NCBI GenBank assembly: GCA_964493715.1
Contig: CAZBPC010000004.1
Location: 1 to 64,000, forward strand
DNA: 64,000 nucleotides
DNA from: an uncultured archaeon
GTDB taxonomy: Archaea; Asgardarchaeota; Lokiarchaeia; Sigyniarchaeales; SOKP01
Direction of reading: 5' to 3'
Below are positions 10,758 to 19,720 of the stretch, one piece after another (within the stretch, counting starts at the first letter, position 1; each line of letters begins with the position of its first letter). A model generated the notes under the pieces. It saw only the letters and a list, made by a program, of their open reading frames with translations. It made no database searches and was not told where the DNA came from. Made by a program: the position numbers and the translations under genes.

Positions 10758-10799
10758 TGTCAATCTTTCACTAGCATTTTTTGAAAGATTTCATCCAAT
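10756..10799 (-). promoter_or_regulatory. Eukaryote/Loki-type SECIS-like element
   Basis: Minus strand reads AUUG-G-AUGA-AAUCUUUCA-[AAAAAUGCUAG]-UGAAAGAUU-GA-CAAU. This gives an AUGA/GA core, a perfect 9-bp upper stem, an A-rich apical loop and a 4-bp lower stem, directly after a gene with in-frame TGAs. Confidence 0.8.
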
Positions 10800-10803
10800 T
10801 TTA

Positions 10804-11268
10804 TCAAATATTTCTTTTTAATTCAAAATAATGAGCAAATGTTTCATTTTCTTTTCCGTATTTCTTCATAATAGTCCTCTTAAATGTTGCGAAATCTAAT
10901 CTTTTTCTAAAATTATCTGCTCATCAATCAGCATGTGCGGTAATTATTATATTACTATTTGAATATAAATTGAACTCGATATTTTCCCTTAATGGTATGA
11001 ATTCTTTGTTTGGTCCATACGCATCCACACCACAATCTTCATAAATGTTATTTTCCTCTGCATTCCATATTAATTGCAAATAACAGTGGATTAACCCTTT
11101 ATATAAGGGAAAAATCGATTTTTCTGGATTAGTCATCATTTTTTTATCAATATTGCTTATCGCGTCTATAATTGTGCCGTCATCTTGGATGTTTATGGTA
11201 TAATTCAAACCCTTTGAAAGAACTTTTTCAGGATCTGGAGCAAATACCGTTAAATTTATCTTTTTAAT
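10804..11268 (-). CDS. Candidate selenoprotein, beta-grasp (MoaD/ThiS/Ubl-like) fold, with tandem UGA-UGA (Sec-Sec); about 154 aa
   Basis: The track ORF 11208-10924 extends upstream to an ATT at 11268 (GGGTGA 6 nt before it). It extends downstream through TGA TGA (10926-10921) for 38 sense codons to TGA TAA, followed by the SECIS-like element. Confidence 0.7.
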
Positions 11269-11286
11269 CTAAAATCACCCTTTTTT

Positions 11287-11340
11287 TTCATTTTTTTTAT
11301 TTCTTTTCAAGAAGTTCTTTTATTCGCATCTTTCTCTCTG
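11287..11340. repeat. Direct repeat copy 2 (last codons, stop and T-tract of the 1488-aa gene)
   Basis: Near-identical to 10612-10668. Confidence 0.85.
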
Positions 11341-14300
11341 CTCTTCTTTTAGAAATTTGAGATTTTAAATCTTCTTCATTTCCAGCGGGTTCTTCTATTT
11401 TTTTTAGGGTAGCTATCGTTGAAATACTCGATTTCCCATCAACTTCACTCTTCAAAGAATTAATAGTATTTTCAACTAGAGGAATTAAAGATATTCCGAT
11501 TAAAGTATCTTGAAGATTAAATTTAACTTCATTTAATTCTGAAATTGCCCGCTTGCGTTGATTTTTCGATAGCGATATTTGAGCAGAATCTAAACCTCGA
11601 TAGGACATTTCAAATTTTTCCATGTTTTCACCCTTTTTAACATCATATGTTGTAATTATCGGTACTTGACTTGCTGAAACTAGTGTATCTATTTGTTTGT
11701 TTACCTGTTTCAAAAGTTTTTCCTTCCCTATCTTTTTTAATTTTCTTGCTACTTTTTTCAAAACTACAATAGCCTCATTATACTTTAAATCTTTTAGAAT
11801 TCCATTTGCTCGTTCCCACTCCTCTTTGATAAATTCTTCTCGTTTAATTCTTTTTTCTTCTTTCTTTATTATTTCTTGTTCATTCCTTTTTATTTCCGCT
11901 TCTTTTAAAAGAGCTTCAATTTCTTGAACTTTTTCGATTTTCACTTGTTTTAAAGCTTTTAATTTTTCAGTTTGTTTCTTTTCTTTCTTTAATATAAATA
12001 GCAAATCATTATTAATACGGCTAACTTCATGATGCCAATTAAGTTTATCGAATAAATCTCTTGCCATAATATATTTTTCATAAGCTTCATCAAATTTTTT
12101 TTGTTCTTTAAAATCAGTTCCTATTTCTAACAATTTGTATGCTTGTTCAGAAATGGATTGTTCTTGTTCCTTTTGACGTTGGGTAACCAGAAATTCTTGT
12201 CGTTTTTGTTCTTCTTGCATTTTCTTTAGTTCCTGAGCTTTTGAAATTTTTTCATCTATTTGGGCTATATACTGCAATTCTTCTTGTTCTTGTTGTATTT
12301 TTAAATTTCTTTCATATTCTAATTGTTCTTGCTTCTTCTTTATAGCATTTATAGAGCCTTTTACCATTTGAATTCCTTCTTTCCAATTAATTTCTGAGAA
12401 GATTTTTTCGCTTTCGTTGTAATATTTAATAGCTGTCTCAAAATTGTTAAGTTTTAATTCTTTTTTTGCTAAATCCATCATACTAAAAGCTTGATCTTTC
12501 TTATAATCATACTCTCTTTCCTTCTGCTTCTTTAATTCGAGAGCCTGAACTTTTTGTTTCATCAATTCAGCTTCAGCCTCACGTGCTAATTTAGTTTCTA
12601 ACTTTTGTTTTTGAAACTCTTCATCCTCTTTATGTAATTTTTCATTCTCTAAATTCCTTAAATTTTTATCAGAAATTAATTTCTCTTGATAATAAGAAAT
12701 GGAATTTATTATTTTAGCTGCTTGATCTGTCCATCCGATTTGTTCAAATTTAAGTTTTGCTCCTCGATATACTTCAATAATTTTTTCATAGGGACATTCT
12801 ACATTTAAAATTCCCTTCTTAATCTCAAGATCATAGTTCTTAGCAATTTTTTCAGCTTCATTAATTTCATTGAAGATGGATTCCACTTCAGAATTTTTTT
12901 CTCTTTTGCTAGTTTCGAATTTTAAAGCACTCATTTCCTGTAAATTTGCTGTTTTATTAAATGATTGATCAGTTTTAATCACCAATTTCCTCTCATCTTC
13001 TAGTTTTTGCATCTCTAAATTTCTAAGATTATCATCTCTGACCTTTTTTTCCTTATAAAATTTAATAGTGGTTAATAAACGGTTTGATTCGTCAGTCCAC
13101 TCGATATCTTTAAATATTTTTTGAGCTTGTTCATATTTTAGGATTGCATCATCATACGGACTCGTAAGGAGTAAAATATCTTTTTTAATAGTCAGCTCAT
13201 AACTTCTAACTGCATTCTCAGCTTCATTGATTAGATCCATTGCTTTATTGAGTTGGATATCTTTTTCACTTCTTTTTTCTTCTAATTCTTGTAATTTCTG
13301 CAAATTTGCTGTTTTTAAATCGTCTTTAACTTTCAAAGAATCTTCATAGATATTTTGTTTTTTAACTTTTTCTAACTCTAATTCTCTTAATCGGTTATCT
13401 TTCTCATACTTTTCTCGAAATAAAACAACTTGATTTTTATATAGGGTTGCTTCTTCTTTCCATCCCCTCTTATAAACTTGTCTGTATATATCTTCATATG
13501 TTTCACTGATTTTTAAATATGGACAATCCTTATCAAATTGACCTCTCTTAATTGCCATTTCATACTCTCTTACTTCTTTTAAAGTTGAATTGATAATATC
13601 ATCAATATAATTTTCAAAATTTTCATCCTCTTGCTGCTTTTCATCTATGAGGTCAAGTTTCTCTAATTGAAAAGCTTGTGTACTATCTTCTTTATGGATT
13701 CTTTTTGATTCTTCAAATTCTTTATCTTTTTCTAGCTTTTGAGCTTCAATCTCGCGTATTTTTAGTTCCTTGTTGTATAAATCAGTATATTTTTTTATTT
13801 GGGTCGAATAAACGGCAGCTTCTTCACTCCATTCTTTTTGAGATACAAGAGTTCGTGCTTGAGTGTAAATTTCTAATATCTCGGGGTATTTTGATTCTAT
13901 ATCTAACTCTCCTTTTTTTATCGCTGTTTTAAAAGCTATATCATATTCTCGTGCCATAATTTCAGCCGATTTAACCATTGCACCAATCTGCTGGCGAAAT
14001 TCTAATACGTCCTCTTGCTTGATCCTATCTTTTTCAAGAGTTCTCATGTTTTGAATTTTGGTATCTGTCTTTGCATCCTTTACTTGAATCTTATGCATTG
14101 CTTCAAATTGTTTATCTTTTTCTAGCTTTTGAGCTTCAATCTCGCGTATTTTTAGCTCCTTGTTGTATAGATCAGTATATTTTTTTATTTGGGTCGAATA
14201 AACGGCAGCTTCTTCACTCCATTCTTTTTGAGATACAAGAGTTCGTGCTTGAGTGTAAATTTCTAATATCTCGGGGTATTTTGATTCTATATCTAACTCT

Positions 14301-15763
14301 CCTTTTTTTATTGCCGCTTTAAAAGCTATATCATATTCTCGTGCCATTTTTTCAGCTGAATTAGTTAAATTGTCGATAGTCACTTTAAATTCTTTTTCTT
14401 GTAATTCTACTGAACGCACATCATTTAAGGAAGGTAAAAGATTTTTTTCATCTTTTTTAGTTACTCTAAGTGAATCTTCATAGGTTTTTTGTTTTTCATC
14501 TTTTTTAGCTTCAATCTCCCTTAGTTTGAAATCTTGATGAAGCTTGTTTTTATATAATTCAATTTGTTTTTCATATATTTTGGCTTGGTCATTCCATCCC
14601 TTTTGACTCACTATTTCTTTAATTGATTCGTAAATGGTAATAACTTCAGGATAAACTGATTGTTTTAAAATTGAACCTTTTTTTATTGCTTTTTTCATTC
14701 CTAGTTCATATTCTCTCACTATTTTCTCCGCATAGTCTATTTTATTATTGATCTCCAATCGAAATTCATCTTCTTCCTGTTTTTTTTCGGAACGCTCTTT
14801 TAATCTCAGAGTTTTTGCTTGAACTTGCATCTCTTCGATTTCTTTGGAATGATCAATCATCTCTGCTTCTTTTCTTAAAGTGTCTTGCTTTACTCTTTCT
14901 CGTTCTACTCTAGCTTTTTCTGCTTTCTCTTCAACGAGAGTTTGTTGTTCCTGGAGTTCATCTATTATTTTTTTTATTTTTTTAGCTTCATTTACCCAAT
15001 TAATCTCTTCAAATAACTTAACGCTTTCTTGATATAGTTTTAATGCTTTATCAAACAAAAATCCTTTTGCAAGGTCAGAAGCTTTTCCTACTAATTCTAA
15101 AGCTTGGGAAGAAATTTGATCCTCTTTTAGTTTTGTCTCTTCAAATACTTGCAATTTATTGACATTTGATTCCTTAGTTGAAATATCAGAGACATCTAAT
15201 TGGCGGAGATACTCAGCCTTTTTGTTATAACAGTCTTCAATGATTTTATTCAATTGTTCTTGACCTTGAGCATCATTCAGTTGTTGATATATAAAAGCCA
15301 TTTCATCATAAATGTCAAGTGCTTTATCAAAATCATCATTCTGGATTGATTCATTTGCTTCACTGAGCAATATTTCGAGTTTTTTCTTTTTATCTTCAAC
15401 AATTTCCTTTTCTTGGACGAGCTCTTCATCAGCTACTTCTACCTCGAATTCTTCCTCCCTAAAGCGTTTTTCTTTCATTATTTGAACTTCGGAGATTTTT
15501 GCATATAACGCATCCACCTCTTGTTTTCGATTAACTTGTTCATAAAGACCTATTGCTTGCCTCATTATTTCTATCGAGTCATCAAAATAATATGTTTCCA
15601 ATAGTGTTAACGCATGTTTAACTAATTCATATGCTTCAGCCATAATTTCTTCTTGCATATCATCCATATCTGAAAAAAAAGCTTCTTTAGTGGGATCAAA
15701 AACCTCTTCTCCATGAGATTCTTTTTCATTCCTATTTTCGTTCTGTTCGTCCATCTCTATCAT
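11297..15763 (-). CDS. Large charged helical-repeat/coiled-coil protein (TPR/SNAP-like repeats)
   Basis: Rich in E, K and Q. Recurrent unit AE..AREY...IKKG....Y..I...Y..A......W..EA......I..Y, plus TPR-like FDKAL.LY..A..LF..I.W. Confidence 0.8.
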   Translation of the reverse strand: MIEMDEQNENRNEKESHGEEVFDPTKEAFFSDMDDMQEEIMAEAYELVKHALTLLETYYFDDSIEIMRQAIGLYEQVNRKQEVDALYAKISEVQIMKEKRFREEEFEVEVADEELVQEKEIVEDKKKKLEILLSEANESIQNDDFDKALDIYDEMAFIYQQLNDAQGQEQLNKIIEDCYNKKAEYLRQLDVSDISTKESNVNKLQVFEETKLKEDQISSQALELVGKASDLAKGFLFDKALKLYQESVKLFEEINWVNEAKKIKKIIDELQEQQTLVEEKAEKARVERERVKQDTLRKEAEMIDHSKEIEEMQVQAKTLRLKERSEKKQEEDEFRLEINNKIDYAEKIVREYELGMKKAIKKGSILKQSVYPEVITIYESIKEIVSQKGWNDQAKIYEKQIELYKNKLHQDFKLREIEAKKDEKQKTYEDSLRVTKKDEKNLLPSLNDVRSVELQEKEFKVTIDNLTNSAEKMAREYDIAFKAAIKKGELDIESKYPEILEIYTQARTLVSQKEWSEEAAVYSTQIKKYTDLYNKELKIREIEAQKLEKDKQFEAMHKIQVKDAKTDTKIQNMRTLEKDRIKQEDVLEFRQQIGAMVKSAEIMAREYDIAFKTAIKKGELDIESKYPEILEIYTQARTLVSQKEWSEEAAVYSTQIKKYTDLYNKELKIREIEAQKLEKDKEFEESKRIHKEDSTQAFQLEKLDLIDEKQQEDENFENYIDDIINSTLKEVREYEMAIKRGQFDKDCPYLKISETYEDIYRQVYKRGWKEEATLYKNQVVLFREKYEKDNRLRELELEKVKKQNIYEDSLKVKDDLKTANLQKLQELEEKRSEKDIQLNKAMDLINEAENAVRSYELTIKKDILLLTSPYDDAILKYEQAQKIFKDIEWTDESNRLLTTIKFYKEKKVRDDNLRNLEMQKLEDERKLVIKTDQSFNKTANLQEMSALKFETSKREKNSEVESIFNEINEAEKIAKNYDLEIKKGILNVECPYEKIIEVYRGAKLKFEQIGWTDQAAKIINSISYYQEKLISDKNLRNLENEKLHKEDEEFQKQKLETKLAREAEAELMKQKVQALELKKQKEREYDYKKDQAFSMMDLAKKELKLNNFETAIKYYNESEKIFSEINWKEGIQMVKGSINAIKKKQEQLEYERNLKIQQEQEELQYIAQIDEKISKAQELKKMQEEQKRQEFLVTQRQKEQEQSISEQAYKLLEIGTDFKEQKKFDEAYEKYIMARDLFDKLNWHHEVSRINNDLLFILKKEKKQTEKLKALKQVKIEKVQEIEALLKEAEIKRNEQEIIKKEEKRIKREEFIKEEWERANGILKDLKYNEAIVVLKKVARKLKKIGKEKLLKQVNKQIDTLVSASQVPIITTYDVKKGENMEKFEMSYRGLDSAQISLSKNQRKRAISELNEVKFNLQDTLIGISLIPLVENTINSLKSEVDGKSSISTIATLKKIEEPAGNEEDLKSQISKRRAERKMRIKELLEKK
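13711..14356. repeat. Near-identical intragenic duplication (about 256 bp, period 390 bp)
   Basis: 13711-13966 matches 14101-14356 with only a few substitutions and encodes YPEILEIYTQARTLVSQKEWSEEAAVYSTQIKKY twice. Confidence 0.9.
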
Positions 15764-15903
15764 CTGATATAATGTTTAGTAATAGAATTTCTTAATTGAA
15801 TAAATGACATAATACTTATTATTGTTCCATAAACTTTAATAATAAATTGCAATTGATAAACTGATTATCAACTCATGTAAAAATGAATATATCTTGTTAA
15901 GAT

Positions 15904-16302
15904 TCAATTTATTTCATGTTTTTTGACTAAAAAATCATCGCAAACCTTTCCGCCTTGACTAGTTAAACTCCAACCGTTCATATCCTTTTTTACTAAGCCA
16001 ATTTTTTCTACAGCGAGCAAAATCTCTCTTACTTCTTCTTCGTTTTTTGTAACTCCAAAATCAACTTTCAAGCAAAAGGATATTTCATCAATTGGAACAG
16101 AATTTCCCAATTCATCTTCCATCACTCCCAAAGCAGCTACAATTTGCTCTTGAATGCCCATTGTTTCATCGAATTGAGAAGATACCTCGTCAAGCAGCCA
16201 AGGATTCTTGTCTAACATCTTTTTTATTTCCCTTTCATTTCCACTTTTAAAAACGATTTCAAAATCTTCGCGTATCTTCTTTTTTTTTGCCATGTAAGTC
16301 AC
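15904..16302 (-). CDS. Hypothetical protein with C-terminal winged-helix-like region
   Basis: EVREILLAVEKIGLVKK...WSLTSQG wing pattern. Confidence 0.6.
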   Translation of the reverse strand: MTYMAKKKKIREDFEIVFKSGNEREIKKMLDKNPWLLDEVSSQFDETMGIQEQIVAALGVMEDELGNSVPIDEISFCLKVDFGVTKNEEEVREILLAVEKIGLVKKDMNGWSLTSQGGKVCDDFLVKKHEIN

Positions 16303-16406
16303 TCCAGTAACATTCTTATTTTAGGTAATAATTATCTTTTATATTAAAGCAATTTCTTTTAAAAACTAAAGGAAATTAATTAATTTAATTTTAAGCAAAA
16401 AAAATT

Positions 16407-19403
16407 ATGTCAAGAATATCTAAAAATAATTATAATGATGAACCAGTAGGTTCAAAGCGTTATCACTATACGACATTAAAAGCTAAACCCCGAATTAGGA
16501 AATACTTATTATATGTTATTATCATAATTGTCGTGATAGTAGCACTATCTATCTTTTGGCTTTGGCCTTCTTGGTATGCTGATATCAACTTACAAACTCA
16601 ATTATATTCAAATAAAGCAAATGCAGATTTTATTAATGTGTATTTTTTGAATTTTTGGGCAACTAACTTCTTTTTTAACAAGACTGCTTTAATTGGAGCG
16701 CTTATAGGATGTAGCATCATGTCAATCCCTCCTGATAAAACATTCTTGACTACTATTGGAACTCGTTTAGGATTTGGTAAACCATCTTATGTTAAAAGTT
16801 TACTCTTTTGGTGGACTGTTGGTTTTGTACTTTTCTACTTATTAGGTTTTCTATTAGATTTTAATAATTCCTCTTTTTCATGGGTTGCTTATTTAATCGA
16901 AAATGGAAACTTGAACTTTAACCCCACAATTATTTCTGATGCATTTAGCGTACTATTTAATTCTGCGAGTAAAGATTATATCACGATATACATTTACAGT
17001 AATTTAATCCTGCCTATTATATATTTCACGCTTTCAGTGGTAATTTTCAGAGTTATACTCAACATTGTTAGAAATGTATATCTAAGGAGAAACGATTATT
17101 ATGCTCTTGCGAATATATTCATATTTATAGGTCTCGCATTTGGATTATGGTTTTTTACTACTCCAACACAATCATTAGATGGAATAAATTTAATCCAACT
17201 TTGGTCTGTAGTTTTAGGTTTTATTAGTTTTCCAATATTTGGAATTTTAATTTACTTATTTGGAAGATCTAACTATTCTCGTGACTCGAAAAATTATATT
17301 ATCACATTGCCAAAAGTCAAAAAGTTGGGCTACGTAGGATTTCTTTTGATGATCCTTTTAGTTGTACCCTTATTCATAAGCATCGGTCCTTCAATAACTT
17401 TAAATGATAATAGTGTTTGGCTCCAACAACAATGGGTTAAGAAATATCAAAGAGAAGTGGATTGGACTACAGATTCTGCCGGATTAGGAATGTTTGCGGA
17501 AAGAAATATGGAAAATTTCAGTCTTTCTACAACAACTTCTGATCAAAAAATGGTATCTCTAGTAAGACAATATGATCAAACATTTACGGTTCGTTATCTA
17601 GCGGCATCAATAGGATCCACGTATGAAGGATTAGCTGATGCTGATATCGTATATATTAACGGCAAAGAATATTGGGTTGCTCCAAAAACAATTCGATTTA
17701 GTCAAATTACTGGAGATCCGGTTCAAAGAAGCACAGAACTTTTGGATCATGTAGAGGGATTTCTAGCCATGGATACATTTTCTGGTGAATTAATTAATAC
17801 TACTCAAGAATTTAACATTACTCAAGATTATCCCATGTTTTTTGGAGAAAGTGAAAGTGCAATGTACTTACAAGAAACTATTGGAACTAGCTCTCAAGAA
17901 GGAATAATAGGAGCTTTTGATTCGGATGTTTTATTGGGAACTCAATGGGCCGGAAATGAAACGAATTACGTTCACAAGTATTCATCAAAACCAGATGGAA
18001 CGTTAACAGGATTAGAAGGTTTTTGGAAAAAGATTAATCTTGGGCTCATCGCATATTCAACTAGCCCAGAAAACAATTACTTAATCAATCGAAACGTGAA
18101 AACAAGAGTTAGCGATATCCTACTTCCACAATTATCCATTGACAAAGATACGTATTTAGTCTTTGATATCGCAAGGGGAAAGTTATATTATGCAGTTTCA
18201 ATATATACCAGCATGAATGTTGGTTCCTATGCAATGACCCCAGTTTTAAGATTCCTTGGTGTTTGCTTAGTTGATGTTGTTAATGGGGATATGACTTTCT
18301 ATGAAAATCCTTCATTAGACAAAATTAATGATCCCACAGCACCATTATGGAGCATTTACATGTCGAATTCAATATATGACTGGAAAACCTTTACTAATGA
18401 AACTGCTTGGTTAAAAAGTCAACTACGATATCCAGAGGCGTTATTCAGACAACAACTTAACGCTGATTACACGTATCATGTGAAAAACCCAACAACATGG
18501 AAAAGTCAGGTAGATTTTTATAAAAGTCCAGGAGCGGGAGATCTATACTATATTGAATCTGATCTAGGTAAGGGGATTGAATACGTTGGTTTAGATCTCG
18601 TTGAATATCAAGGAAATACAGCAAACATACTTGCGGGAATGTACGTCGTGAGACATGGTGATCACTTTGGAGAAGCTGTCTTTTATAATACGAGAAATTC
18701 TATTACTAGCTATTTAGGACCACAATCAGCAAATTCAACTTATACATCAGAAGCTACGCAACAGATCTCTTTAATAGCGGGAGCACGAAATGGAAATATC
18801 TTACTCTATCCTCTTGCAGGGTCAATATATTACTACATCCCAACTTACAGTACTTCTGGGGCTTTAACACAATTAAAACTGGCGGGATTTGTTGAAGCGC
18901 AGACTAGAAACGTTGGATACGGAAAAAACGCTCCAGAAGCATATTTGAACTTGAATATATCAGAAGTAATAGGCTCTTCCAATCTTACATTAACATACAA
19001 TTTTGATATTGAAACTTCGATTAACTATCCCAACAATCCTGCTCAATTCACAGTTTCACTGTACAACACGGATACTAATTATTCTGCTCCGGGTTTGGAT
19101 GTCTCGGTTAATCTATCGATTTATACTTCAACAACAAATGATGTTAACTATAGCTTATATGTTCCTCATGACTTATACCCTCTCGAAAATTCAACGTATA
19201 CATTCTTTATTAATACCGATTCATTTACTGGAGTGAATTTTACAATATTGAACACAACTCTTTACTTTGGGGAAGGAATACAATTAACTGGTTACTTAGC
19301 TCCATCGATTGGGAATGTCATCATATACGCAAAATGGACCTTAATTGTTGATGGGATGATTATATATCAATCTCCTGTAAGCATAATATTGGTATTACAA
19401 TAA
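16407..19403 (+). CDS. UPF0182-like membrane protein
   Basis: About 8 N-terminal TM segments, then a large soluble domain with RNVKTRV..ILLP.L.ID.D.Y and LRYPEALF..Q....YTYHV motifs. Confidence 0.7.
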   Translation: MSRISKNNYNDEPVGSKRYHYTTLKAKPRIRKYLLYVIIIIVVIVALSIFWLWPSWYADINLQTQLYSNKANADFINVYFLNFWATNFFFNKTALIGALIGCSIMSIPPDKTFLTTIGTRLGFGKPSYVKSLLFWWTVGFVLFYLLGFLLDFNNSSFSWVAYLIENGNLNFNPTIISDAFSVLFNSASKDYITIYIYSNLILPIIYFTLSVVIFRVILNIVRNVYLRRNDYYALANIFIFIGLAFGLWFFTTPTQSLDGINLIQLWSVVLGFISFPIFGILIYLFGRSNYSRDSKNYIITLPKVKKLGYVGFLLMILLVVPLFISIGPSITLNDNSVWLQQQWVKKYQREVDWTTDSAGLGMFAERNMENFSLSTTTSDQKMVSLVRQYDQTFTVRYLAASIGSTYEGLADADIVYINGKEYWVAPKTIRFSQITGDPVQRSTELLDHVEGFLAMDTFSGELINTTQEFNITQDYPMFFGESESAMYLQETIGTSSQEGIIGAFDSDVLLGTQWAGNETNYVHKYSSKPDGTLTGLEGFWKKINLGLIAYSTSPENNYLINRNVKTRVSDILLPQLSIDKDTYLVFDIARGKLYYAVSIYTSMNVGSYAMTPVLRFLGVCLVDVVNGDMTFYENPSLDKINDPTAPLWSIYMSNSIYDWKTFTNETAWLKSQLRYPEALFRQQLNADYTYHVKNPTTWKSQVDFYKSPGAGDLYYIESDLGKGIEYVGLDLVEYQGNTANILAGMYVVRHGDHFGEAVFYNTRNSITSYLGPQSANSTYTSEATQQISLIAGARNGNILLYPLAGSIYYYIPTYSTSGALTQLKLAGFVEAQTRNVGYGKNAPEAYLNLNISEVIGSSNLTLTYNFDIETSINYPNNPAQFTVSLYNTDTNYSAPGLDVSVNLSIYTSTTNDVNYSLYVPHDLYPLENSTYTFFINTDSFTGVNFTILNTTLYFGEGIQLTGYLAPSIGNVIIYAKWTLIVDGMIIYQSPVSIILVLQ

Positions 19404-19720
19404 TTTTTTTTTCTTAATTTGAAAAATAAGGGAGTCTTAAAGCGATTTTGTTATGATACTTTGTTAAAACTTGATTAATTATTCAAATGTTAAATCTTCT
19501 TTATGATGTATAGACTTGTGAAATTCTTAAAGGGTAAAACTATTTTTAAAAATGGAAATTAGTACCTTTTTTATGATTTTATCTTTTCTAATAATCAAGG
19601 ATTTTTAGTGAAATTTCCAAGATCACCAATTTTTAGCTTATAAACAATAAATTAAAATTGTCTTGATAATATTATCACATAATTAAAAATATATACTAAT
19701 AATGAAGGTGTGATTATAGA

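Noticed and set aside
10801-10806. A third Sec at the terminal TGA of TGA-TAA
   Set aside because: It lies only a few nt from the SECIS, probably too close for recoding by analogy with eukaryotic spacing rules. Treated as the stop, though not excluded.
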